A model generated the notes under the pieces. It was not told the origin of the DNA and did no database searches. It saw only the letters and a list, made by a program, of their open reading frames with translations. Position numbers and translations under genes: made by a program. A stretch of 64,000 nucleotides of DNA from a candidate division FCPU426 bacterium (GTDB lineage: Bacteria > Oederibacteriota > Muellerivitia > Muellerivitales > Muellerivitaceae). Every line of letters begins with the position of its first letter. The first letter of the stretch is position 1. This document shows positions 27,647 through 37,225 of this stretch, in pieces. The stretch lies in the NCBI GenBank assembly GCA_963796105.1, contig CAWCKJ010000004.1, forward strand, positions 512,001-576,000. The letters run 5' to 3'.

Positions 27647-28636
27647 CTACCACTTCAAGCTTGAGCTGTGTCCCGGCTCCGCCTTTTCAGCCGGATTGAT
27701 ATATCTTTTGGCGAAATTGACAGCCGTCGCACCCTCGGCAAAACCGGTCGCGATGAGGTCCAATTTCCCGGGATGGGTGACGATATCTCCCGCGGCATAG
27801 ATCCCGGGAATGTTCGTTTCCATGCGCTGGTTCACGGGAATCTTGTTTTTCTCGAGAGTCAAGCCCCAATCCTTGAGAAAAGAGAGGCTGGCCTGGAAGC
27901 CGAAATTCAAGATGACAAAATCCACGGGGAGGGTTTCCTCTTTTTTGGTATGGTTCTCATAGATGACCGCCTCGTCCACCCGGCCGTTTCCATGGACGGT
28001 CCCCAGTTCATACCAGAGTTTAACATCGACCTTGGAAGCCTTGAGTTTGTTGACGGAGGATTCATGGGCGCGGAACTCGTCCCGCCGGTGGATGAGGGTG
28101 ACTTGCGATGCCATGGGCTCCAGCATCAAGGCCCAATCCACGGCCGAGTCCCCGCCGCCCACGATCAGGACATTCTTCCCACGGAAGGGCTCTAATGCAA
28201 GGACCCCGTACTGCACGCCTTTTCCCTCGTAACGGGCGAGTTCAGGGTTGGGATGTTTTTTGGGGGTGAAGGAACCCATGCCCAGGGTCAATACCACCGT
28301 CCTGGAAAGAAATTTTTGCCCTTGGTCGGTGGTCAACTCAAAGATCGCGTCCGGCCGCTTGGTGAGGTTGGTCACTTTTTGGCCCAGGGCGAGCGGCGGA
28401 TTGAAGCGCATCATTTGTTCCGCTAAGTCCTTGACCAGGTCCTTGCCCATGACCCTGGGGTAGCCGGCTACGTCAAAGATATCCTTCTCGGGATACATGG
28501 CGGCGATTTGGCCGCCCAAAGCCTCCAGGGAGTCGACCAGCATGAATTTCATGCCGCGAAGCCCCGCGTAAAAACCGCCGAATAAACCGGCCGGACCCGC
28601 GCCGATAATGATGACGTCGAATACTCCCTCGGGCAT
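27647..28636 (-). CDS. TrxR-like ferredoxin-NADP+ reductase (YumC type)
   Basis: GAGPAG, LGGQ...YPEKDIFDVAG, GGGDSAVDWAL, HRRDEFRAH, C-terminal PGHSS; no CxxC motif. Start placed by RBS GGAGGA. Confidence 0.88.
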   Translation of the reverse strand: MPEGVFDVIIIGAGPAGLFGGFYAGLRGMKFMLVDSLEALGGQIAAMYPEKDIFDVAGYPRVMGKDLVKDLAEQMMRFNPPLALGQKVTNLTKRPDAIFELTTDQGQKFLSRTVVLTLGMGSFTPKKHPNPELARYEGKGVQYGVLALEPFRGKNVLIVGGGDSAVDWALMLEPMASQVTLIHRRDEFRAHESSVNKLKASKVDVKLWYELGTVHGNGRVDEAVIYENHTKKEETLPVDFVILNFGFQASLSFLKDWGLTLEKNKIPVNQRMETNIPGIYAAGDIVTHPGKLDLIATGFAEGATAVNFAKRYINPAEKAEPGHSSSLKW

Positions 28637-28754
28637 CATACTCCTCCATTTTGACATTCATTAAATTCCGGCTGATAAAGCAATAGGCCTTTTAACCGCC
28701 GCTTCCAGTCAAAAATCTCCCGGGGAAAAACGCCTCCGGCGCCGGGCCTTTGAC

Positions 28755-29198
28755 TCACCGATGAGGCTGGTGGCTCAAAAAAACCGCCGGGCGCTCGATG
28801 GTGATGCTTCCCTTGATGCAAACCGTCTCGCAGAGCTTGCAGCTGACGCATTTTTTCTCGTCCACGACCGCGATCTTGAAAAACTCCGGATGATCGTCGC
28901 GGGGCTTCATGGAGATGCACTCGAAGGGGCAGACATCCACGCAGAACTCGCAGGCGGTGCAGGTCTCCGGGTCCACCTTGGCCTTGGGAATTTGAACCGG
29001 TTTGATTTTTTTGACGGTCTCCCCGATGGGATTGATGATAGCCTCGACCGGGCAGAAAATACCGCACACCCCGCAGTCGATGCAAAGGGAAGGATCGATG
29101 TGGTGGAGGTTTTTTTTCTCCCCGGCGATGGCTTCCGTGGGGCATTTCACGGCGCACAACGTACAACCGATGCAGTTATCCAGGATAACGTGCGGCAT
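28755..29198 (-). CDS. Polyferredoxin with four [4Fe-4S] motifs
   Basis: CIGCTLCAVKCP, CIDCGVCGIFCP, CTACEFCVDVCP, CVSCKLCETVCI; RBS GGGAG before ATG 29198. Confidence 0.88.
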   Translation of the reverse strand: MPHVILDNCIGCTLCAVKCPTEAIAGEKKNLHHIDPSLCIDCGVCGIFCPVEAIINPIGETVKKIKPVQIPKAKVDPETCTACEFCVDVCPFECISMKPRDDHPEFFKIAVVDEKKCVSCKLCETVCIKGSITIERPAVFLSHQPHR

Positions 29199-29353
29199 GA
29201 AGGCTCCCCTTGAATTGCGGAAAAAACTTATTTCGAGATAATTTAAGCAAAAGGCCATTAAAAGAAAAGCGCATTTTCATGGTTGCCGGCTCCATCCCCG
29301 GAGCATGGTTTCCAACTGTAACGAATGGCCGATCCGGAAATTTCCGGTTTTCC

Positions 29354-30250
29354 CTACATATACTCTTCAATCAGGCTTTTGCGTTTTTGAGGGTCCAGGC
29401 TCAGTTTCCGCTGGCTCGCCAGAGCCTCTCCCTGCAAGGCCGGGTCCGCCGCGTCTATGGAGGGCTGGGGATGGGGATTTCGGTAAAGGACCCCGATGGG
29501 GATCTTCGCCCCCCATTCCTTGGCCCGGCTCATGGCGGCGTTCCAGTCGGCCGGGTCATGCCCCGATTCCTCCAGCTTATAGACGCGTTCCTTGAACCAT
29601 CCGAAAGTATTCTGCTTGTTGAATGTCACGCAGGGGGAAAACACGTCGATATGGGCGAATCCGGGATATTGGATGGCCTGGATGTAAAGCGATTTCAAAT
29701 GGTTGATGTCCCCCGAGAACCCTCGGGCCACGAAACCGCATCCCGCCGCGAGTGACATGACCATGGGATTCAACTGCCCCTCCGGATTTCCAAAAGGAGT
29801 GGACTTGGTCTTCATTCCCGTCTCGGAAGTCGGCGATGTCTGGCCGGTGGTAAGTCCATAGATCTCATTGTCCATGACGATATAGGTCAAGTTGATGTTT
29901 CTTCGGATGGAGTGCACGAAATGGCCTTGGCCGATCCCGTAGCCGTCCCCATCGCCCCCGCAGGCGATCACGGTCATCTCGTGGTTGGCCAGTTTGCAGC
30001 CGGTCGCAACAGGCAGGGACCTCCCATGCAGGGAATGCATTCCGTAGGATTTGAAAAACCCAGGCAGGTTGGAGGAACAGCCGATCCCCGAGACGATCAT
30101 CAGCCTCTCGTTGGGAATTCCCAGCTCAGCCACGGCGCGTTGAAGAACGGTCAGGACCCCGTAATCCCCGCATCCAGGGCACCAATCGGGCGGGATTTCC
30201 GGTTTATAATGTTTGGCCTCCCGGGCTATCGGTTCGGTAACTGTTTGCAT
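29354..30250 (-). CDS. korB: 2-oxoacid:ferredoxin oxidoreductase beta subunit
   Basis: WCPGCGD, SGIGCSS, GDGD...DNEIYGLTTGQ (TPP-binding), SPCVTFN. Confidence 0.9.
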   Translation of the reverse strand: MQTVTEPIAREAKHYKPEIPPDWCPGCGDYGVLTVLQRAVAELGIPNERLMIVSGIGCSSNLPGFFKSYGMHSLHGRSLPVATGCKLANHEMTVIACGGDGDGYGIGQGHFVHSIRRNINLTYIVMDNEIYGLTTGQTSPTSETGMKTKSTPFGNPEGQLNPMVMSLAAGCGFVARGFSGDINHLKSLYIQAIQYPGFAHIDVFSPCVTFNKQNTFGWFKERVYKLEESGHDPADWNAAMSRAKEWGAKIPIGVLYRNPHPQPSIDAADPALQGEALASQRKLSLDPQKRKSLIEEYM

Positions 30251-30340
30251 GAAATCCTCCTCGGATTTTTCTCTATAGGTTGGTCAATTTCGGTTTTACT
30301 GCTGTTCAATAATCTTTTATTTTTCCTTATTCCTTCCGTT

Positions 30341-32167
30341 TCAATGAACCGAAGTGGTGGTCATGACTCCGGGTCCCGGGGGATGAGGCGACTGCCAACC
30401 AGGCTCCAGGGACTGTACCTCCACTAGTTTCTTTCCTTTTAAGACTTCCTTCACGGCTTCCACCACTTGGTTGGGTTGGAATGGCTCCCCGTCGTACTTG
30501 CGGATATCAGCGTGGGCGGTGATTCCGGACTCCGCCCTCAGATGCCTGGAAAACTGCCCGCTTTTGTTCATTTCCACCACGCAAATTTTTCTGGATTTTC
30601 CAAGGATTTCCGCTGCTTCCTGGGCCTGGAACGGCACCATGTACTTGAAGGATAGATGGTTCGCCTTGATCCCCTGGGCGTTCAATTTCTCAACCGCCTC
30701 CGTGGCCACGCCCCAAGTGGAGCCGAAGGTCACGAGAGTGATGTCCGCGCCAGCGGGCCCCTCCAGCTTCAGAGGCGCGGCGTAATCCCTTGTGACGCCC
30801 TCCATCTTTCGGGTTCTCTTGTCCACCATCTTCTTTCGGATGACGGGATTCGTGTAGACGTCGGAAACCAGGACCCCATCCTCGTCATGCTCGTCGGAAG
30901 CCGCCACATACAAGCGGTTGGGAAGGCCTGGAATAGCTCTGGGTGAAATCCCGGAGGGTGTGTCCTTATACCGAAGATAGGTCTTGGGTTTTCCATCATC
31001 CTCGAAAATCATTTCACCCCTGTCGATTTTGAACTCGCGTCCCAGGATGGAGGTATCCAGGGTCATGTGCCCCTCGCTCATCAATAGATCGGACAGGATC
31101 ACCACGGGGCACTGGTATTTTTCCGCCAAATTGAAGGCTTCCTCCATGGTGTCATAACAGTCCGAGATGGAGGTAGGCGCGATGATAATGCGCGGGAAAT
31201 CGCCCTGCGAGGCCCCGATAGCCTGGGTCAGGTCCCCTTGCTCCTGTTTGGTGGGAAGTCCCGTTGAAGGGCCTCCCCTCATGACGTTGACCATCACCAC
31301 GGGAGTTTCCATCATTCCGGCCAGTCCCAGCGCCTCGGTCATGAGGGCGAAACCCCCGCCCGAAGTGGCGCACATGGCCCTGACTCCCATGTGGCCCGCG
31401 CCAATGGCCATATTGGCCACGCTGATCTCGTCTTCCACCTGGCGCACGCAAACATCCAGGTCTTTCCCGTGGGCTCCCATCCAATGAAGGATTCCCGTGG
31501 CCGGGCTCATGGGATAAGCGCAATAGAATTTGCAGCCCGCGTTGACCGCTCCCAAGGCGATGACATTGTTTCCAGCCACCATGGCCAGTTTCGTTCCAGT
31601 ATGTGTCAAAGGATTGGAAACGGGTTTGTAGGTCTTGTCCGCGAAATCATAGCCTGCCCGGGCAGCGTCCACGTTGGCCTTGACCACTTGGGGTTTTTTC
31701 TTGAAGGTGTATTCAAAGACAGAGGAAAGGGCGGAAAAATCCAACCCGATCAAACGAGTCAGCGCGCCTAAAGCGGCGGTGTTTTGCATGATGGGAAGGG
31801 CGTCCTTGCCGACCAACTCAAATACCGGCAGGGGGCAAAGCTGCACGCCTTGAGGAGCCTTGGCGGGTTTGACCTTGTCGCCGTTATAAACGCAAAGGCC
31901 GCCCGGTTTCAGCTCCTGGAGGTGGCGGTCCATTGCATCCTGGTTCAAAGCGATTACACATTGGACTTGGTCACCCACGTTGTGGGGTTTTCGGGTTGAA
32001 ATCCGAAGACGAACCCAGGAATGGCCTCCCCGGATCAGGGATTGGTAGCTGGTGTATACGTAAACATGAAGACCCTGGCGGGCGCTGGTCAGGGCCAGGT
32101 TATCCGCCGTGGAGGCTCCGCCGTCTCCTGCCGCGCCGCCAATACCCACAATGATTTCATTTTCCAC
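30341..32167 (-). CDS. korA: 2-oxoacid:ferredoxin oxidoreductase alpha subunit (gamma-alpha fusion)
   Basis: IRGGHS, YPMSPAT, QVEDEI, TSGGGFALM, RGGPSTGLPT. Confidence 0.9.
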   Translation of the reverse strand: MENEIIVGIGGAAGDGGASTADNLALTSARQGLHVYVYTSYQSLIRGGHSWVRLRISTRKPHNVGDQVQCVIALNQDAMDRHLQELKPGGLCVYNGDKVKPAKAPQGVQLCPLPVFELVGKDALPIMQNTAALGALTRLIGLDFSALSSVFEYTFKKKPQVVKANVDAARAGYDFADKTYKPVSNPLTHTGTKLAMVAGNNVIALGAVNAGCKFYCAYPMSPATGILHWMGAHGKDLDVCVRQVEDEISVANMAIGAGHMGVRAMCATSGGGFALMTEALGLAGMMETPVVMVNVMRGGPSTGLPTKQEQGDLTQAIGASQGDFPRIIIAPTSISDCYDTMEEAFNLAEKYQCPVVILSDLLMSEGHMTLDTSILGREFKIDRGEMIFEDDGKPKTYLRYKDTPSGISPRAIPGLPNRLYVAASDEHDEDGVLVSDVYTNPVIRKKMVDKRTRKMEGVTRDYAAPLKLEGPAGADITLVTFGSTWGVATEAVEKLNAQGIKANHLSFKYMVPFQAQEAAEILGKSRKICVVEMNKSGQFSRHLRAESGITAHADIRKYDGEPFQPNQVVEAVKEVLKGKKLVEVQSLEPGWQSPHPPGPGVMTTTSVH

Positions 32168-32487
32168 TGATAAATCCTCCCCTTTGATTGATAAACCGAG
32201 CCTGATTTAACCCCCCTACTTTCTCTCTCATTCAGTGAATGGAAAGACATCCTAATACACGGGAAAAAATCCATTCATTAGATCAACTAATAGTAAGAAA
32301 GCTTCGCCAAAACAAGGGAATGCATCTCAATTTGGCGCCGCCAGGGATAGCATGATACCTAGGGAAACCTTAAAATCTCAACCACTCGAGGCCATGAAAT
32401 TAAGGAAAAAAACGAAATTACCATCAATGGTGGTTTCTAAAGGAAAGAAGCCCTTTTAAAACACCGGGAGCCAGACTGGAACCCGAT

Positions 32488-33336
32488 TTATTTTTGCTTG
32501 AGGCTAAAAGGGACCGGTTTTCCCGATCCTTCCATTTTGAGATAAGCGAATGACTTGGAACGAACCAACTTGCCTTTAGGACCGTAAAACCCCCTCAAGA
32601 TCAAGCCAATACCCTTGGAGTAATAATCCCTCTGGGTTGAAATCAATCTTCCTTTCTTGAATTCCTTTTCGGACACGCATAAGCAATCGGGATAATTTCT
32701 GGATTTGATCCTGGTTTTATCAAACCCAGCTTGAAAGGATTGGACGATTCCCCCCTTCAATTTATATTTCCACTTGACCCTGCGGCCTTTTTTGGGGAGC
32801 TTAAGAAAACAAGATCGGCCGGATGGCTTTTTCCCGGTGAAGTTTTGGGCTCCTTCCAGAGTGAACAGAATATCCTGATACTCCGCCGTATCCAGAAAAC
32901 CATCGGAAATTTTGAACTTTCCCACCAGGGTCCCGTCCCCCATTCTCCGGTATTCCTGGCACTCCACCACTCGGGTTTTCTTAACCCTCTCCCCAGGGGC
33001 TGGCGCTAAATACTCATAATTGACCTTCGAGCCCGGAACCACGGGAAAATAATCTTCCATTGTTGTTTCCGATGATTTAAGGATCCTGTCTTTTTTTGAG
33101 ATTCGATTCGGAACGGAGGTCGGAACCATCAGCGGCGGAGCGCTGGAATTCCTTCCTGGAAAAGCCGAGGAAGGGGTGGATATTATCCGGGGTATGGTGA
33201 TGAGGGGTTGCTTGAATCCCTGGACTTCCCTTCCCAGCTCGGAATTTCCCTGTCCAGGCGTGAGGGCGGGTAGAGAATCGGGCCAAACGGGAGATGAGAT
33301 AATAAGAAAAGCAAAGAAAAATTTAGCTCGGTTCAT
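32488..33336 (-). CDS. Basic secreted hypothetical protein
   Basis: Signal-like N-terminus, Pro/Ser linker, beta-rich domain DYFP...YYSKGIGLI. Confidence 0.6.
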   Translation of the reverse strand: MNRAKFFFAFLIISSPVWPDSLPALTPGQGNSELGREVQGFKQPLITIPRIISTPSSAFPGRNSSAPPLMVPTSVPNRISKKDRILKSSETTMEDYFPVVPGSKVNYEYLAPAPGERVKKTRVVECQEYRRMGDGTLVGKFKISDGFLDTAEYQDILFTLEGAQNFTGKKPSGRSCFLKLPKKGRRVKWKYKLKGGIVQSFQAGFDKTRIKSRNYPDCLCVSEKEFKKGRLISTQRDYYSKGIGLILRGFYGPKGKLVRSKSFAYLKMEGSGKPVPFSLKQK

Positions 33337-33473
33337 TCAAATCCTTGATGGAAGATTTTAGGTTGCCCCCATTTCATGCCTAGCGGCGCGCCAAGAAGGG
33401 AGCTTTTGACCCGAAAAATTGGATGGGCGATTCGTAAATAATTTTAAAAATCCAGCGGACGGATTTTAAACCT

Positions 33474-33947
33474 TCACTCGAATCCGTAAAAAGAATAGGG
33501 AATTTGCTTGGAATCGGTAATGGTGCTATTGACGTAAACCTCACCTAATGTGCTGTCATAAAGCCATCCAACCCCGCTTGCCGCGGGGACTGAGGCCACG
33601 GTGGTCATGCTGACCTCCGCTCCCGATGGGCTGATGGCTCCCGGCACAAAATACCCGGTGACTTTAACTGGATTGACGTTGTCCAAATATTGGCTGAAGC
33701 TATAGTTCGGAAAGGAACTTAATGTCGAGGGCCAAACCCCATGTTGGTCGCCGTAATAAATGATGACCGCGGCTTTCAGTCCCGACAAACTGCCTTTGGT
33801 TTGCCCTTCCTTGGACCTTTCGATCATTTGCCCGAACCGGGGTATGGCGACAGCGGCAAGAATACCGATAATGGCGATCACAATCATGAGTTCAACCAAA
33901 GTAAACCCGTGAAGGGTTCTCTGAAACCGCCGCATACCCACCCCCAA
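33474..33947 (-). CDS. Type IV pilin / type II secretion pseudopilin
   Basis: Prepilin motif GFTLVELMIVIAIIGILAAVAIP. Confidence 0.9.
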   Translation of the reverse strand: MGVGMRRFQRTLHGFTLVELMIVIAIIGILAAVAIPRFGQMIERSKEGQTKGSLSGLKAAVIIYYGDQHGVWPSTLSSFPNYSFSQYLDNVNPVKVTGYFVPGAISPSGAEVSMTTVASVPAASGVGWLYDSTLGEVYVNSTITDSKQIPYSFYGFE

Positions 33948-34190
33948 AAGGCAAAAAAATAAAACGAATATTCTTTATGAATACCACGACCCAAGCTTAT
34001 TTTAACGTATTTTCGAGTTTTAATTTCGCGAAAAAGGAAATAACCGGCAAAAAACATATCGCTGGAATTATGGGTCAATCGGGGCCTTTTCAACTCAATT
34101 AAGGACATGGCGGTAGATGGCAAATAGGACGCCCTTCAGTAAGGTTGGAAAGCTGGAAATCGGGAACTGGTTTTAGAAAACCAAGAGATT

Positions 34191-35621
34191 TTAAAAAGGA
34201 AATTTCAGGAACCCCGCCGCCAAAATAGCTAAAGCGCAAAGGAAAAAAACCGTTTGAATTCCAAAGGAGGGAAACCCGAATTCTTTTTCCCCCTCGCCGG
34301 ACGGCTTCATATAAAAATAGGCCACAACGCGCAAGTAATAATAAGCCGAAACAAAACTGTTCAAGACCGCGATGAGGGCCAGCCCCACCATTCCGTGATC
34401 CACTGAAAGCTTAAATAGGTAATATTTCCCGAAAAAACCCGCCGTCGGAGTCATGCCGGCGAGTGAAAATAGGAACAAAGACATCCATAAAGCCCTCCAC
34501 GGATGGCGGGAGCCAAATCCGCGAAAATCCTCCAGGCTCACTCGGGTCTCCCCTTTCCCCCCCTCCCAGGCCAGCCAGCCGAAAGCCCCGGCGGACATAA
34601 GAGTGTAGGCCAAAAGGTAGAAAGCCACGGCCCTTTCCACTTGGTCCGCTGGGGCGAGGGAAGCGGCGGAAAGACCCACAAGGATATAACCCGCGTGGGC
34701 CACGCTGGAATAAGCCAGCATCCGTTTGAGGCTGGTTTGCATCAGGGCCCCCATATTTCCCACTGTCATGCTTAGGACCGCCATGGCCATCAGGGCGTAG
34801 GTCCAAGCGCCGGGAAACCCGAAAGTTTCCGTGAACAACCGGGTCAAGGCCCCGAAAGCCGCCGCTTTCACGCCTGTGGCAAGCAAGGAGGCTACGGGAG
34901 CCGGAGCTCCGTCATAAACATCGGGCGCCCAGAAGTGAAACGGAACTGAGGCGGTCTTGAACCCAAAACCGGCTAAGATGAAAGCTATCCCGCATTTCAC
35001 GAAAAACGACCCGGAGTGTCCTTGTTCCAGGTAAATACGGATATTTTGGAATTGGAGGGACCCGGCCGCCCCATACAGATAGGCCATGCCCATCAGGAGA
35101 AAGGCCGAGGCGAACACTCCGGTCAGGAAATACTTGAGCGAAGCCTCCAAGGATCTTTCCCGGACGCGCAAATACCCCGACAGGACATAGGAAGACAGGG
35201 ACATGATCTCCAGCCCCACAAAAAGGGTCAGGAACTCGGAGGCCATCACCAGAATCATCATTCCGGAAACCGCCAAAAGCAAAAGGGCGTAATATTCCCC
35301 CGTGGCCGAGTTTTCCCGGCGCAAATAAGTGTCGGAGAAAGCGCAGGCTAAAAGGCCTGAAAGAAGGCAGATACCCTGGAGCGTCAGGGAGTAAAGGTCC
35401 ATCACCACGGCTCCCTGGAATAGGGGACCCGTCATGGGCCGGATAGAAAGAAGCCTGAAAACCGACCCTAAAGCGATTAGGAGAATGGCGCCGGTGAGGA
35501 TGGGGGCAATCTTTCGCCCGTCCTCCTTCAGGATAATTTCCAGAAGAAGCAGGAGTGCCGAGCCGGCCGCCACCAGCCAAAAAGGAAAAAGGCCCCAAAA
35601 GGAAGGCAGTACGCTTGTCAT
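34191..35621 (-). CDS. nuoN: NADH-quinone oxidoreductase subunit N
   Basis: EASLKYF, FKTASVPFHFWAPDVY and KRMLAYSSVAHAGY; ATG 35621 overlaps the nuoM stop. Confidence 0.93.
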   Translation of the reverse strand: MTSVLPSFWGLFPFWLVAAGSALLLLLEIILKEDGRKIAPILTGAILLIALGSVFRLLSIRPMTGPLFQGAVVMDLYSLTLQGICLLSGLLACAFSDTYLRRENSATGEYYALLLLAVSGMMILVMASEFLTLFVGLEIMSLSSYVLSGYLRVRERSLEASLKYFLTGVFASAFLLMGMAYLYGAAGSLQFQNIRIYLEQGHSGSFFVKCGIAFILAGFGFKTASVPFHFWAPDVYDGAPAPVASLLATGVKAAAFGALTRLFTETFGFPGAWTYALMAMAVLSMTVGNMGALMQTSLKRMLAYSSVAHAGYILVGLSAASLAPADQVERAVAFYLLAYTLMSAGAFGWLAWEGGKGETRVSLEDFRGFGSRHPWRALWMSLFLFSLAGMTPTAGFFGKYYLFKLSVDHGMVGLALIAVLNSFVSAYYYLRVVAYFYMKPSGEGEKEFGFPSFGIQTVFFLCALAILAAGFLKFPF

Positions 35622-37141
35622 CGGTTGAATCTCTTTTCTTTGTCCACTTCCTCCTGAATGCGCCTTTGCTGAGCCGCGAACTCGGTCATGGTGGGAGGGG
35701 GCTTTAGTTTCAAAATGATCTTCATTTGAACCGACTTTTCCAGCGGACGGAGAAAGAAGTTGGGAAAAAGTCCCATCCAAAGCGTCAAGACGACCAAGGG
35801 CAACAACGTCAAGCCCTCCCTGAGGGACAAATCCCCGGCGCTTCCAGTCTCGCGGGAAGGCCCGAAAAAAACATTCCCATAAAGGCTGTACATGTACCAG
35901 CCAGCCAGTACAAAACCCACCAAGGCTGACAAAGCGAGCAGGTGGTAATTTTGGTAGGCTGAAACCAGAGTTAAAATCTCCCCCACAAATCCCCCGAAAC
36001 CGGGCATGCCAAGGGCGGCGAGCATGATCCAAAGGAACGCCGAAGCCAGAAGGGGCGCTCCCTTGGCCATACCCCCGTAGGAGGACATCTCGTGGGATTG
36101 TCCCCTCTCATGGATCATTCCGATGAGAAGGAACAATCCCCCTATGTAAACGCCGTGGGCCATCATCAAGTAAAGACTTCCCTGCAGGCTGGACTCCGTG
36201 AGGGTGAAAATTCCCAGGACGATCAATCCCATATGGGAAAACGAGGCATAAGCGGTCATTCGCTTGAAATTCGTTTGGATGGAGGCCATGAGGGACCCGT
36301 GGATGATCCCTGCCACGGCCAGAACCATCAGCCAAGGGGCGAAATTCTTGGCCGCAACAGGGAAAAGAGGGATGCAAAAGCGGAGCAGTCCATAAGCGCC
36401 CAGTTTCACCAGGACCGCCGAAAGAAGGACCGTGCCGCCCGCCGGGGCCTCGGTATAGGCATCCGGCAGCCAGGCGTGGAACGGGATCAAGGGAACCTTG
36501 ATCAGGAACGCCAGGGCGAAGGCGAGGAAGCACCAGAATTGTACATCCTCCGGGAACCAGTGCTCAAAGATCTTTTCGTAATCGAAGCTTTTGGCTTCGT
36601 GGGTGATATAAAGAAGGCCAACCAGCATCAAAACGGAACCCAGCATCGTGAAAAGAACGAATTTCGTCGTGGCTTTGACCCGGTTCTCGCCGCCCCAAAT
36701 CCCGATGAGAAAAAACGCCGGGATCAGCATGAGCTCCCAAAAAAGATAGAAAATGAACAAATCGGTGGCGGTGAGAGTCCCGATCACCGACGCCTCCATC
36801 AGAAGCACGCTCGCGCAAAACCCGCGGACGTTCTTTTGGATGGCGCGGTAGCTTCCCAGCAGGACCAGGGGGGTCAAAAGGGTTGTCAACAGGATCAGCC
36901 AGAGGGAGATGCCGTCCATTCCAAGGCTGTAATGGATGCCCATGGATGGAAGAAGGTCGTATTTCTCGCGGAATTGGAAACCCCCGTCATCCGGGTCAAA
37001 ACGGGTGTATAGGGACAGGGAAATGATAAAAACCGCCAAAGAAGCCGCAAACGAGAATTTCTTGGCCCCCCTTTCGGGGGGAATCAATCCCGTCAGAAGC
37101 GAGGCGGCGATAGGCAAGCCGATTAAAATGGAAAGAATCAA
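35618..37141 (-). CDS. nuoM: NADH-quinone oxidoreductase subunit M
   Basis: GMDGIS, FWELMLIP, IKVPLIPFHAWLPDAYTEAP. Confidence 0.94.
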   Translation of the reverse strand: MILSILIGLPIAASLLTGLIPPERGAKKFSFAASLAVFIISLSLYTRFDPDDGGFQFREKYDLLPSMGIHYSLGMDGISLWLILLTTLLTPLVLLGSYRAIQKNVRGFCASVLLMEASVIGTLTATDLFIFYLFWELMLIPAFFLIGIWGGENRVKATTKFVLFTMLGSVLMLVGLLYITHEAKSFDYEKIFEHWFPEDVQFWCFLAFALAFLIKVPLIPFHAWLPDAYTEAPAGGTVLLSAVLVKLGAYGLLRFCIPLFPVAAKNFAPWLMVLAVAGIIHGSLMASIQTNFKRMTAYASFSHMGLIVLGIFTLTESSLQGSLYLMMAHGVYIGGLFLLIGMIHERGQSHEMSSYGGMAKGAPLLASAFLWIMLAALGMPGFGGFVGEILTLVSAYQNYHLLALSALVGFVLAGWYMYSLYGNVFFGPSRETGSAGDLSLREGLTLLPLVVLTLWMGLFPNFFLRPLEKSVQMKIILKLKPPPTMTEFAAQQRRIQEEVDKEKRFNR

Positions 37142-37225
37142 GAGAACCTCTTTTATATCCTTATGAATTTGAGACTTTTTGACAGTTTAGTAGGCGGCTC
37201 CTGCGGCCGTTCCCTTTTCCATAGG

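Noticed and set aside
28755..28800. Possible frameshift at the A-run near the ferredoxin 3' end
   Set aside because: All four cluster motifs are complete before the run, and the alternative frame shows no recognisable domain.
32290..34130. Sigma54 or FNR sites upstream of korA, the 33336 gene and the pilin
   Set aside because: Candidate TGGC and TTGAT words lack the correct GG-N10-GC or TTGAT-N4-ATCAA spacing.
35622..36032. N-terminal extension of NuoN (613-aa ORF)
   Set aside because: Lies inside nuoM; ATG 35621 overlapping the nuoM stop gives the normal size.
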